The notes under the pieces were generated by a model. That model was not told the DNA's origin. It ran no database searches and saw nothing but the letters and a program-made list of their open reading frames with translations. From Nitrospirota bacterium (GTDB lineage Bacteria; Nitrospirota; UBA9217): DNA of 64,000 nucleotides. A program made the position numbers and the translations under genes. This document shows, in pieces, positions 42,302-50,506 of the stretch. The DNA lies in assembly GCA_963751455.1 (NCBI GenBank), contig CAVVUN010000006.1:228589-292588 (forward strand). Reading direction: 5' to 3'. Position 1 is the stretch's first letter. The number at the start of each line of letters is the position of its first letter.

Positions 42302-43472
42302 AGAATGTATGATCTTTTACTTTTGTCGATCCAACTATACCAAGCGTTCCGGTACCGGCCGCCATCATTAATTTACCTGAAACACGTTCACTTCTATATG
42401 AGTCACCGAAGTTCATAACAGCAGTGTTCAATGTCCGTTCTCCAAATGCTGCCTTTAACGATTCCGATATTTCGTTTATTCCGCGCTTGTTGAGTGCAGT
42501 ATTCAGATCCACTTTTACCTGTCGGAGCCAAACCTTGAACATTTCAGCACGTCGAGGGTTAGTTTGCCATTTATCGGCAAAATTTTCTTTTGGGTTAACG
42601 GGGTTCGCGACCCAATGCACGTCGCCTACGGTCTCGATATACTTCGGCATACCGTCGACGATGGTGGATAGAGCGTCGAAAAGGTCTCGCTCATTATTGT
42701 AAGCTCGAGCTGCAAGGGTAGTTATAATTATCGAAATCGGTTTGTTATCGGGATCATTCTGAAATTTCATATCGCGATGTCTTTTCAGAATCTGAATTGC
42801 CCGCTGAAGCGGAGTTTTGACGCTAAAGTCAGGTACATCGTCGATCTTTACACCTCGCTCAGCAGCGACAATACGCTTTTCTTCTGTCAATATGGTCAAC
42901 ATGCGGTTACCGAACCATTCCGCATAACCCTTTGGGTTGCTGCGTGGCCAATCACGATCGTAATTCCACGTCACTTTGTCAGTAATGCATATCGCATGTT
43001 TGGCATATTCAACAGGAACTCCGAGAGCGATTAACAATTCAGCGCTATCAGGAATGGCAGGCAGGACATCCATATGGAATTTCGATCCGTCAGCATAATT
43101 CAACGTCCAGCAACGCCTACCTTCTGTGTCGAGCATTTGAGCATATGCCTCATTTGCTCTCAAACGATCACCTATCATTTTTTTGAGAGTTTGTTGAGTA
43201 ACTTTTAATTTTGATATATTCAACTGACAAACAAGATCAATATCATATTCATCCTCATCAGAGACCGGTTTGATGACAGTACCCAATCGGAAAGAACCCT
43301 GAGGATAAATATCTGGGCTGTAATATGATAGAGGTGAATCTTCTTTGCTCAACCATTTTCCAACAGCTTGATAATGTTCTTCCGCCTTCCGGTAACGCGA
43401 TTCCGATATATCAAGTGCGTCGGAGACGAACCGAAGCAGGCCACTAAATTGAGTTGATGTTTCTGTTACCAT
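42291..43472 (-). CDS. CBASS cyclic oligonucleotide synthase (CD-NTase/SMODS)
   Basis: YPQGSFRLGT, EYDIDL, FHMDVLPA, SNPKGYAEWF, PISIIITTL, NPVNPKENFADKW, C-terminal HTFYGK. Confidence 0.93.
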   Translation of the reverse strand: MVTETSTQFSGLLRFVSDALDISESRYRKAEEHYQAVGKWLSKEDSPLSYYSPDIYPQGSFRLGTVIKPVSDEDEYDIDLVCQLNISKLKVTQQTLKKMIGDRLRANEAYAQMLDTEGRRCWTLNYADGSKFHMDVLPAIPDSAELLIALGVPVEYAKHAICITDKVTWNYDRDWPRSNPKGYAEWFGNRMLTILTEEKRIVAAERGVKIDDVPDFSVKTPLQRAIQILKRHRDMKFQNDPDNKPISIIITTLAARAYNNERDLFDALSTIVDGMPKYIETVGDVHWVANPVNPKENFADKWQTNPRRAEMFKVWLRQVKVDLNTALNKRGINEISESLKAAFGERTLNTAVMNFGDSYRSERVSGKLMMAAGTGTLGIVGSTKVKDHTFYGK

Positions 43473-44424
43473 TGATTGGATCCTCCACTTTGAGATGGTA
43501 AAGAGGTTTAAATTCTGCAGAACGATGGCCTAAGAATGTTTGCTCAAAGACCGGGATAAAATGTCGGCTCTCGTGTGCTGCTTTGCCCATCAACTCCTTT
43601 TCTGTTAATTTGTCTAACTCGAACAAACCTTCAGGTACTTTAGGATTGATCCGAATCACCCTGTCTTTGCCAAGAAGATGCTGAGCTTGAGTATGAGTTC
43701 CTATACTTTGCCCCCGGAGAATCACATCCACAGCCGCTTCTCTCCATTGGAATAATCCGCCATTGTCTAGATTTGCGGATCTCGTCTTAACGTCGCTTGT
43801 TGTAGCGAGACTGAGAACGGTTATTTCATTTAAAGGCTGTCCGAGCATGCTGACAGCTTCTGAAATACCGACTAATGTCGGGTTGTTGGCCCATACCCCT
43901 CCATCAATAAAGCGAATGTTATCCAAATCATTAAAGGCGGGGAAGTAAGTCGGTGCAGCGGCAGTTGCTAGCGCTACTTTCCATATGGGTATTTTGAAGT
44001 CACGTTTCAATCGTTCATGATGTGGTGTTTTAAAAAGGTACACATCGTCATCACTCAAGCTATAGGATGGAATTACCAGCCTTTTTTTACTGTCGCCGAG
44101 AAGCTTTTTCTGAAAACATTTCATCAAAGCTTCTTTGAGTGGCTCCGAACTAAATTTACTTCTCCAGTATTTCCTTACTGATATTGCCGACATTCCATAA
44201 AAAATGCACGGGCCTTGATCGATATAAAATTTTAAAATCTCTCGTGGTTTCATACCTACACCTAGACCGAGTGCTATTATTCCGCCTGTAGAAGTACCGG
44301 CGATTAAATCAAAATGATCGATAATCGAAATATTAAGGTCTTCCTCGATGTGAGCCAGTATAGCAGCTGAAAATATTCCTTTTATCCCGCCGCCATCTAA
44401 TGCAAGAATATGGAATTTACTCAT
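43444..44424 (-). CDS. Patatin-like phospholipase CBASS effector (CapV-like)
   Basis: DGGGIKG, GTSTGG, AAPTYF, IDGGVWANNP; overlaps the CD-NTase start. Confidence 0.92.
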   Translation of the reverse strand: MSKFHILALDGGGIKGIFSAAILAHIEEDLNISIIDHFDLIAGTSTGGIIALGLGVGMKPREILKFYIDQGPCIFYGMSAISVRKYWRSKFSSEPLKEALMKCFQKKLLGDSKKRLVIPSYSLSDDDVYLFKTPHHERLKRDFKIPIWKVALATAAAPTYFPAFNDLDNIRFIDGGVWANNPTLVGISEAVSMLGQPLNEITVLSLATTSDVKTRSANLDNGGLFQWREAAVDVILRGQSIGTHTQAQHLLGKDRVIRINPKVPEGLFELDKLTEKELMGKAAHESRHFIPVFEQTFLGHRSAEFKPLYHLKVEDPINGNRNINSI

Positions 44425-44521
44425 AATGTTTCCTCTATCGGTGGCTCCACCTGGAAATGCGGCTTTATTTAGGGTTAAAGAAAAGGCGAGGAATTAGCAT
44501 ATCGACCTCGCCAGATAGTGC

Positions 44522-44695
44522 TCATTTTTCCTTCCGCACGCCCTTGAAAGGATCATTGTCGGACTTCTGGTCAATAAAGCGACCGTTCTCTGTGTCACGT
44601 TTTACCCAGCGATCGTTATGAGGATTATGCGTCTGAGAGCGGTCAGTTACTTGGCCCGCCCTGTGCCCATCGCCATACGGTGGATTCTTCGCCAT
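44522..44695 (-). CDS. 57-aa hydrophilic hypothetical protein (below the ORF-track cutoff)
   Basis: GGAAGGAGGTG RBS; MAKNPPYGDGHRAGQVTDRSQTHNPHNDRWVKRDTENGRFIDQKSDNDPFKGVRKEK*. Confidence 0.8.
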   Translation of the reverse strand: MAKNPPYGDGHRAGQVTDRSQTHNPHNDRWVKRDTENGRFIDQKSDNDPFKGVRKEK

Positions 44696-44722
44696 GTTTT
44701 CACCTCCTTCCCTTAGACTGAA

Positions 44723-45139
44723 TTATGCCCCGTCACCTGATTTAGCAAGAAAGACAGCCGTGGCCAGCAGACCAACGAATAATCCTGCAGCTTGTAACTG
44801 TGTGCTTTCTTTTGATCCCGTGGCCACATAACGGGCGAATTGCTCGCAGTTATTCCCGAACAGATCATACATATCGTTTTCCAGAGCCCTGTCTATTCTT
44901 TCTATGGCACGGGGTTCATCGGTGATCTGACCCAGCAGATCCCATTGCCCTGTATTATCAAGCCAATCCGTCCGAATACGGGGCGGTGTTTGATGAATTA
45001 CCACAGGTGAGTTTCCATATTTTGGAAGGCGAAGTCGGTTTCCAATATCAAGAATCGCATAATGATCGACCAAAACGCCTTTAACTTGGCTTTTTTGCTT
45101 TATGAGATAAAGACCATTGCTTAATTTGTAATCCGACAT
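44723..45139 (-). CDS. LRAT/PLAAT-like permuted NlpC/P60 thiol hydrolase with C-terminal hydrophobic helix
   Basis: DHYAI, VVIH, YDLFGNNCEQFARYVATG (NCExF) and tail AAGLFVGLLATAVFLA. Confidence 0.8.
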   Translation of the reverse strand: MSDYKLSNGLYLIKQKSQVKGVLVDHYAILDIGNRLRLPKYGNSPVVIHQTPPRIRTDWLDNTGQWDLLGQITDEPRAIERIDRALENDMYDLFGNNCEQFARYVATGSKESTQLQAAGLFVGLLATAVFLAKSGDGA

Positions 45140-45186
45140 TAGAGATCGCCTTTCATGAAATACATTGATAATCAAATAAAAAGAAG

Positions 45187-45213
45187 GATAGCTTTAAGTA
45201 CATCTTATTTAAA
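45187..45213 (-). promoter_or_regulatory. 27-bp repeated promoter/operator, copy 1
   Basis: GATAGCTTTAA-N8-TATTTAAA; the minus strand reads TTTAAA-N17-TATCCT. Confidence 0.6.
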
Positions 45214-45228
45214 AGGTTCTCAAAAAAA

Positions 45229-45813
45229 TTATACTACTGGTGCATACAAATACTGCTTTCCTTGTGGGTCGATAATTTCCTTTCTTCTAACTAATCTAGA
45301 TTTATAAAGTTTACCCAAATACATACTTGCAGTATAAATATCTTTTTTAAAAACTAAATCTGCGATATCTCTTGCCGTTGACTGGCCTACTCGCATTATA
45401 TAGTCATAAATAAGAAAGTCGAAAACTTCTCTTTTTTTTGATTGGCTCTCTCCATAAACGATTTTTGGCCGCTTCTTATTTTTCTGTTTAATAAGACACA
45501 TGATCTTTCTATGTGCAGATACGAGTTCGAGATCGTATAAAGAACTTTCTGGTATATTTTGGCTTATAAGATAACATTCTTCTGGCTTGCTTACAATTTC
45601 CTTCATCAGCAATACTATAACTTCGTCCGCAATTGAGGAGTTAAAAGATTTTATTTTATCAAAATCTAGATAGATAATGTCGTCCGGTTGCTTAAGATTT
45701 TTTTTAATCTCTTTCTCAATTTCCGCTCTAATCTCGACGCCCCAATCTCGAGAGTTTAAGTCGGCCCCCTTAATCCCGAGTCTTTTTTTTATCTGATAAA
45801 TCGAAATGATCAT
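45229..45813 (-). CDS. STAS-like + winged-helix repressor (CapS-like)
   Basis: IYLDFDKIKSFNSSIADE (STAS phospho-Ser loop); TARDIADL...ASMYLGKLYKSRLVRR (wHTH). Confidence 0.75.
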   Translation of the reverse strand: MIISIYQIKKRLGIKGADLNSRDWGVEIRAEIEKEIKKNLKQPDDIIYLDFDKIKSFNSSIADEVIVLLMKEIVSKPEECYLISQNIPESSLYDLELVSAHRKIMCLIKQKNKKRPKIVYGESQSKKREVFDFLIYDYIMRVGQSTARDIADLVFKKDIYTASMYLGKLYKSRLVRRKEIIDPQGKQYLYAPVV

Positions 45814-45833
45814 AAATAAACAAACGCCAATGA

Positions 45834-45860
45834 GATAGCTTTAAACTGACTCTATTTAAA
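45834..45860 (-). promoter_or_regulatory. 27-bp repeated promoter/operator, copy 2
   Basis: GATAGCTTTAA-ACTGACTC-TATTTAAA, with arms identical to copy 1. Confidence 0.6.
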
Positions 45861-45862
45861 CC

Positions 45863-46798
45863 CTATAATAGACTATGTCGGGTATCTGTGTCAAGATGAA
45901 AGTGCAGCTCACCAAAAGCAAGAATAATAGCAATTCTAGTGCCTCTTAGAAGCGGCAAATTAATATATTCTTTTAACTGATTTTCAGGATTAAGCAATAT
46001 TGCACTGTCACCCGAATTTATCCATAAATAGCCAAGTGTATCAGTAACAATTCGTCGCACTTCATACAGGCCAAAACCGCGATCACCCAGCCCAGAAACA
46101 CCCGGCTCCATTGCCATTTTAAGGTAATCAGAATCATGTTGAAAATTATATTTGTATTTATCTTCCAGACTGTTCTTTATTCCAATACCATAATCAACAA
46201 CAGCTAGCTTGACGACCTCGAAACCCGTTCTTTGATAGTTATACCGCTGAATTGCAACAAATCCCTCACTTCGGCTATGGGTATAAACGTTGGTACATAT
46301 TTCGGACATCACCTTTACAAATTGGTCAACATCCATTTTATTTCTAAAATTGCGAAGGATACGTTTGGCACGTTGCCGAAATTTTACGATAATATCGTCC
46401 ACATCTAGTTTGCCTTGCTCAATATTGGTACTTATTTTTTGAATTTCTAACAATTTATCTGTCTCGTATTTTCGCAGATACGTATTCTCAAGATTGGGCG
46501 AGTTGAACCATTCCGACCCTTGTTTATAGAAATCCATCCGCTCTAAATACAACAAGAAGTCGTCTTTGACGGCAATAATTGTTATCTTTTTTGCCGTTCT
46601 TTTGAAAACGTATTTCCCAAGAAATAGTAAACCCAGCAATCCATACGGAGAGATGAAAGACACGTTCCTTAAGTTGAAGTAAACAGCGCTATCTAAAGTT
46701 AATGTAGATTTGTTAATTTTATCAATTACGAACCTGAATTTGTCAACATCTTCAAGCCCATCCGGGATGTCTATATTGTAGATAAGAGGCATTTGCAT
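45863..46798 (-). CDS. STAS + GHKL anti-sigma-factor-kinase-like protein (CapK-like)
   Basis: FNLRNVSFISPYGL, YLERMDF, SEICTNVYTHS (N-box), VDYGIGI, GFGL, GT; no phospho-His box. Start at 46798 or 46792. Confidence 0.75.
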   Translation of the reverse strand: MQMPLIYNIDIPDGLEDVDKFRFVIDKINKSTLTLDSAVYFNLRNVSFISPYGLLGLLFLGKYVFKRTAKKITIIAVKDDFLLYLERMDFYKQGSEWFNSPNLENTYLRKYETDKLLEIQKISTNIEQGKLDVDDIIVKFRQRAKRILRNFRNKMDVDQFVKVMSEICTNVYTHSRSEGFVAIQRYNYQRTGFEVVKLAVVDYGIGIKNSLEDKYKYNFQHDSDYLKMAMEPGVSGLGDRGFGLYEVRRIVTDTLGYLWINSGDSAILLNPENQLKEYINLPLLRGTRIAIILAFGELHFHLDTDTRHSLL

Positions 46799-46902
46799 TA
46801 TATGGATGAGCCGCTGAATTGCTGAGTTCTCTCTGGGATCAAATCTTGTTGTCGCGTAAACGACTCCGGAACGTTGATGTTTTTGATGCTTTCCGCCATC
46901 GC

Positions 46903-47748
46903 TCATGCGCCTTCCCACTCCCCTATTTCAAGAGCGTTTAGAAGTTCAGTCACTTTTTCGAATGCCCGCCGCATCAGGATCGCCCGATCATCTTTATCAT
47001 CCGTTTCCAGGAAATCAGCCACCCATGCCGGACCAACGTGTTTCATCGTGGCGAACTTCGACCTGATTTTACCGAGCCCTTCCATAACGAGCTTATTTTT
47101 CAGATGAGGTTTGAATTCCTGAATGATCGCCTCTGCGCCGCCGGGATAATGCTCGATACAGAAAAAGATGTCATAAGCATCCTTTTCTTTCAATCGTTCA
47201 TACATCGCCATTCCTTTCATGACAAGGAACGGCACGATGCCCGCCACTTTTACGCTTACTTTATCCAACCCGCCGCCGGGCAGTTCCCCCTCGATCGTGA
47301 CGGTTATGGTCGAGCCGAAAGCAAGGTCGCATCCTCGCGTTTTTCGCGCACGGGCATCCTGCACAACCTGCGTTCTTCGGCCCTTTCCGGTCCCGCCGTA
47401 CTCGCCTGCCATGAGATCCACAGCGACCCTCACCGGCCCCAGGCCCTCCGCGTCTACGGTCCGGTAGAATCGGAACGGCTGGGCTTTATCCTGCTCATAT
47501 CCCCGCTTCAGGAAAGCTTTTAAGATGGACTGATATGTATCATTGGGGATCCTGGTGAAATCGAGGGCGACGTCTATGTCAAGACTGCCGATGTGCGGTT
47601 CGTCGGACTGCGGAAAGAGAAGCGTAGGCGTCCATCCGCCGATAATCACCATCTCGTCCTTGATCTCGCCGAAAAGATGAATAAGCTCCACAAGCACCGA
47701 TTTGCAGGCTTTCACCTCTTCCGGAGCATAATCGCTCTTGCTTGCCAT
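46903..47748 (-). CDS. AbiEii-like nucleotidyltransferase toxin (type IV TA)
   Basis: VIIGGW...HIGSLDIDVAL, VMKG...R.KEKDAYDI. Confidence 0.8.
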   Translation of the reverse strand: MASKSDYAPEEVKACKSVLVELIHLFGEIKDEMVIIGGWTPTLLFPQSDEPHIGSLDIDVALDFTRIPNDTYQSILKAFLKRGYEQDKAQPFRFYRTVDAEGLGPVRVAVDLMAGEYGGTGKGRRTQVVQDARARKTRGCDLAFGSTITVTIEGELPGGGLDKVSVKVAGIVPFLVMKGMAMYERLKEKDAYDIFFCIEHYPGGAEAIIQEFKPHLKNKLVMEGLGKIRSKFATMKHVGPAWVADFLETDDKDDRAILMRRAFEKVTELLNALEIGEWEGA

Positions 47749-48824
47749 CCGGGCTTGATCCTCTCATTTAAGATAAACTGCGCCGCTTCCTCGCCCCTGC
47801 CCATGTAGCTTTTGAGGTCGAGGTAAAGCTGGATATTTGATACCACCTGTGCGCCTTTCACATCCTGAAGCCCGTAAAATACTCCGTCATCGTAAGGTGA
47901 AAGAATTGTAACGTTGGCGCCGGAGTCGACTTTTTTGAACTGCAATGACTTGGCGAGGTCGATACTATCGCCCTTGACGTAGACGAAGAATCGCGGAAAG
48001 GTTACGAAGGGAGCCACCCTTCCGGCGCCCGTAAAAAGGGCAAGCCCGTATTCCCATCCCCACTTTTTGCACACCGACCGGATCGCGGCCGCCAGTTCCT
48101 CATCCTTCAGTCCCGAATAATAAGAGTAACCCTCATTGAGCGTGTATGAGTATTTCGCCGACCACGCCGCGAGCGCCTTTTCCGGATCAGCAAGGAAGAA
48201 CTGTTTATTTTCTTCCGCGATCCACTCCTGGTCCAGGAGCGCCTGTTTCATCCGCGAGGCAAGACCGATGCTGATTTTGGCCTCTTTCGATATTTCTTCC
48301 ACACGCCATCTCCGCGCCGGTTCAGCAAAAAGTACGCGGAGCACCCGGCTGGACTTAGGGAAAAAGAGGGATTTGGCGACCCGAGGCGCGGCAAAGGGAT
48401 TCGGGATGCCGGTCTTGTCGATAAAAATCCACTGAAAAGAAATCAAGGCATTGCCGGCCAGGTCAACGCACCCGATGCCGGCTTCTTTGCAGATCCGCCT
48501 GCTGGCGTCGCTCAGGTAGGGAGCAATAATGATCCCGTATGCGTCTTGCTTGCCCTGGCGGTATTTCTTTAATTGCTCGGCAGCCACCCTGACAAGACGC
48601 GGCTCTCCCTGCGTTTTGACCTCAACGGCAAATTGAATGGGTTTGCCCGAAACAAGGGCATTCAGAAGAAGGTCTACTTGGGTATCGCCAAGCCGAACGT
48701 CGGTCCTGGAACCCTTTAAGCGAACGACGGGAATTTCCGCAAAGAGGGCCTCCAGCCGCTCACGGGCCTCTTTTACCGCCTTGCGCTCAATTTTTTGTTT
48801 CACTATTTCAGCTTGTTTCACCAT
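47712..48824 (-). CDS. AbiEi-like antitoxin/regulator (type IV TA)
   Basis: N-terminal REase-like fold, central wHTH (KSSRVLRVL...ISIGLASR), C-terminal GANV...PYDDGVF...QLYLDL...GRGEEAA. Confidence 0.82.
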   Translation of the reverse strand: MVKQAEIVKQKIERKAVKEARERLEALFAEIPVVRLKGSRTDVRLGDTQVDLLLNALVSGKPIQFAVEVKTQGEPRLVRVAAEQLKKYRQGKQDAYGIIIAPYLSDASRRICKEAGIGCVDLAGNALISFQWIFIDKTGIPNPFAAPRVAKSLFFPKSSRVLRVLFAEPARRWRVEEISKEAKISIGLASRMKQALLDQEWIAEENKQFFLADPEKALAAWSAKYSYTLNEGYSYYSGLKDEELAAAIRSVCKKWGWEYGLALFTGAGRVAPFVTFPRFFVYVKGDSIDLAKSLQFKKVDSGANVTILSPYDDGVFYGLQDVKGAQVVSNIQLYLDLKSYMGRGEEAAQFILNERIKPGWQARAIMLRKR

Positions 48825-48861
48825 ACGGTGAAACTATATATTATAGTGAAACTGATGTCAA
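48797..48861 (-). promoter_or_regulatory. AbiE promoter with four GTTTCAC boxes in nested inverted arrangement
   Basis: TTGACA-N17-TATAGT; GTTTCACTAT (48797) / ATAGTGAAAC (48843) enclose GTTTCACC-ATAC-GGTGAAAC. Confidence 0.8.
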
Positions 48862-48879
48862 GGAAGAATTTACAGGTTT

Positions 48880-49059
48880 GTTACTCCCCTCGACACATTT
48901 CAGGCAACGCGTATATGTCGGGTCTGCTGAAAGCCGGTGAATATCAATTTCTTCGCCGCACACAAAACAGTTGCCGTACTCGCCGGCTTCAATACGGCGA
49001 AACGCGCCCTCAATTTTCCCGAGTTGACGCTGACGCCGCCTGGCAGGTTCCCGGGCCAT
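48880..49059 (-). pseudogene. TraR/DksA C4 zinc-finger C-terminal fragment
   Basis: IEGAFRRIEAGEYGNCFVCGEEI...RL...P...RCLKC; the N-terminal coiled coil is missing. Confidence 0.7.
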
Positions 49060-49220
49060 AAAATGAAAGGCAAAAATACGTTATCTCACACGAAGCCACG
49101 AAGGCACGAAGAAAAACATGGAGCGAGCTGATGCTCTTTCCTCATAGACCTCTTTCATAGAAGTCATCCGGCGTTATCAGTGTCAAAAGCATTTCTTTCT
49201 ATCCTGCACAGGCGTGCCTG

Positions 49221-49258
49221 AAAAAACAAGGCCGGAGAGAAGCTTTCTCCGGCCTTTT
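49221..49258. terminator. Intrinsic terminator
   Basis: AAGGCCGGAGA/TCTCCGGCCTT stem with A- and T-runs. Confidence 0.7.
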
Positions 49259-49287
49259 AGATCATGATGCTTCATGTTCTTATCGTC

Positions 49288-49533
49288 CTAGTGTTGATGC
49301 GCCGCCCCATGAGGTCCTTCGCCATGCTGCTCCTCTTCCTTCAAGGTCGAAACACCGAGCAGTTTGTATACGGGGCAGAAGCCCACGTAACTGGTCGCCA
49401 GGAAGATAACGGCAAAAATGCCGAGGAGCACTGCCGCTATTCCGGTCAATTGACCTCCCAGATACAGGACAACTACCACGACAGCAAGGAACGTCCTCAG
49501 TATCCGGTCGATCATTCCCATGTTTTTCTTCAT
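49288..49533 (-). CDS. DUF2892/YgaP-like membrane protein
   Basis: MKKNMG.IDR..R...GFCPVYKLLGVST. Confidence 0.88.
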   Translation of the reverse strand: MKKNMGMIDRILRTFLAVVVVVLYLGGQLTGIAAVLLGIFAVIFLATSYVGFCPVYKLLGVSTLKEEEQHGEGPHGAAHQH

Positions 49534-49881
49534 AACAAACACCTCCCGTCTCGCACAAGCCGGCCTGTCTCCCGCGACAACCCAGCCGCCAAACCTCTCT
49601 TTTTCCTACTTAAATTATACACCCGGCGGGGGGATTGAAGCGATACCGTCTTTGACGGCAATTTGGGATCAAATCCGGGACGTTGTTTCTATCTGTGCTT
49701 TCCATTTAAATAAGAAAGAAAAACAGTGGGAAGTTGGGTGAGGTTGGAAGGCTTCTCAATGATGTTCTCCCGGACGCATTTAAGAACATGAAGCTGACGC
49801 GGCGACGGGGGACTTCATAAGTGTGGAGTTGCGGGTGCGGAAATGTCGGATTCACTTGGCGCGACTGGGAGTTGATAGCGC

Positions 49882-50145
49882 CTACACGGTCATTTTTGAG
49901 TTCGATCGTCTCGGTTGATGTTTAACTCCGAGCAGGCCGTCAATTGATAAGTCTTCATCGATGAGCGGCCAATGGATACCGTATCCTGATGGCGATATTT
50001 CATAGGCTGCTCTTTCGGCAGGTGAAGCTTTGGCTAGTCTTGGGGAAATGTCCTTGAGGGCAAAAGAATATTCTTTCCCGTCCACCATTATAATCATGAT
50101 TTCTTCTTTGAACAGAACCTTTTCGATTTCATGGTATCTAGTCAT
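49882..50145 (-). CDS. DUF2442 protein (putative TA partner)
   Basis: PRLAKAS..ER...GYGIHWPLIDEDLSIDGLL. Confidence 0.88.
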   Translation of the reverse strand: MTRYHEIEKVLFKEEIMIIMVDGKEYSFALKDISPRLAKASPAERAAYEISPSGYGIHWPLIDEDLSIDGLLGVKHQPRRSNSKMTV

Positions 50146-50398
50146 TTTTTCTCTCCGCTTGGAACCTTTTCCATTCGGTTTCAATAAAATCAAAATATTC
50201 AAAGATGATCTTTTTAACCTCTCGCTTATTACTGCTGTTCATATTATAGCTATACGCCTCTTCAACGTCAAAGTTCATGCTGTCGAGCCAGAATTTGCAT
50301 TCCATCTCGCCTTTCTTACAGTGCACATGTATTGGTTCATTACCTTCATTTGCGTAAAAGAAAAATCTCCAACCCATGACTAATAGAATCGTTGGCAT
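50138..50398 (-). CDS. DUF4160 protein (putative TA partner)
   Basis: MPTI...GWRFFFYANEGNEPIHVH...KFWL. Confidence 0.9.
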   Translation of the reverse strand: MPTILLVMGWRFFFYANEGNEPIHVHCKKGEMECKFWLDSMNFDVEEAYSYNMNSSNKREVKKIIFEYFDFIETEWKRFQAERKND

Positions 50399-50506
50399 AT
50401 TGGTTCATATTATACACTGATACTCAAAAAAATAAAGGCCTGAAGATTTCCAGTTATCCCATTTCGTTCCGGTCTGGCCATTGCGAAAACCATTGCCGGT
50501 TTTGCT

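Noticed and set aside
41870-47748. Integron cassette array explanation for the AT-rich genes
   Set aside because: No attC-like RYYYAAC/GTTRRRY palindromes between genes; several genes overlap or have their own promoters.
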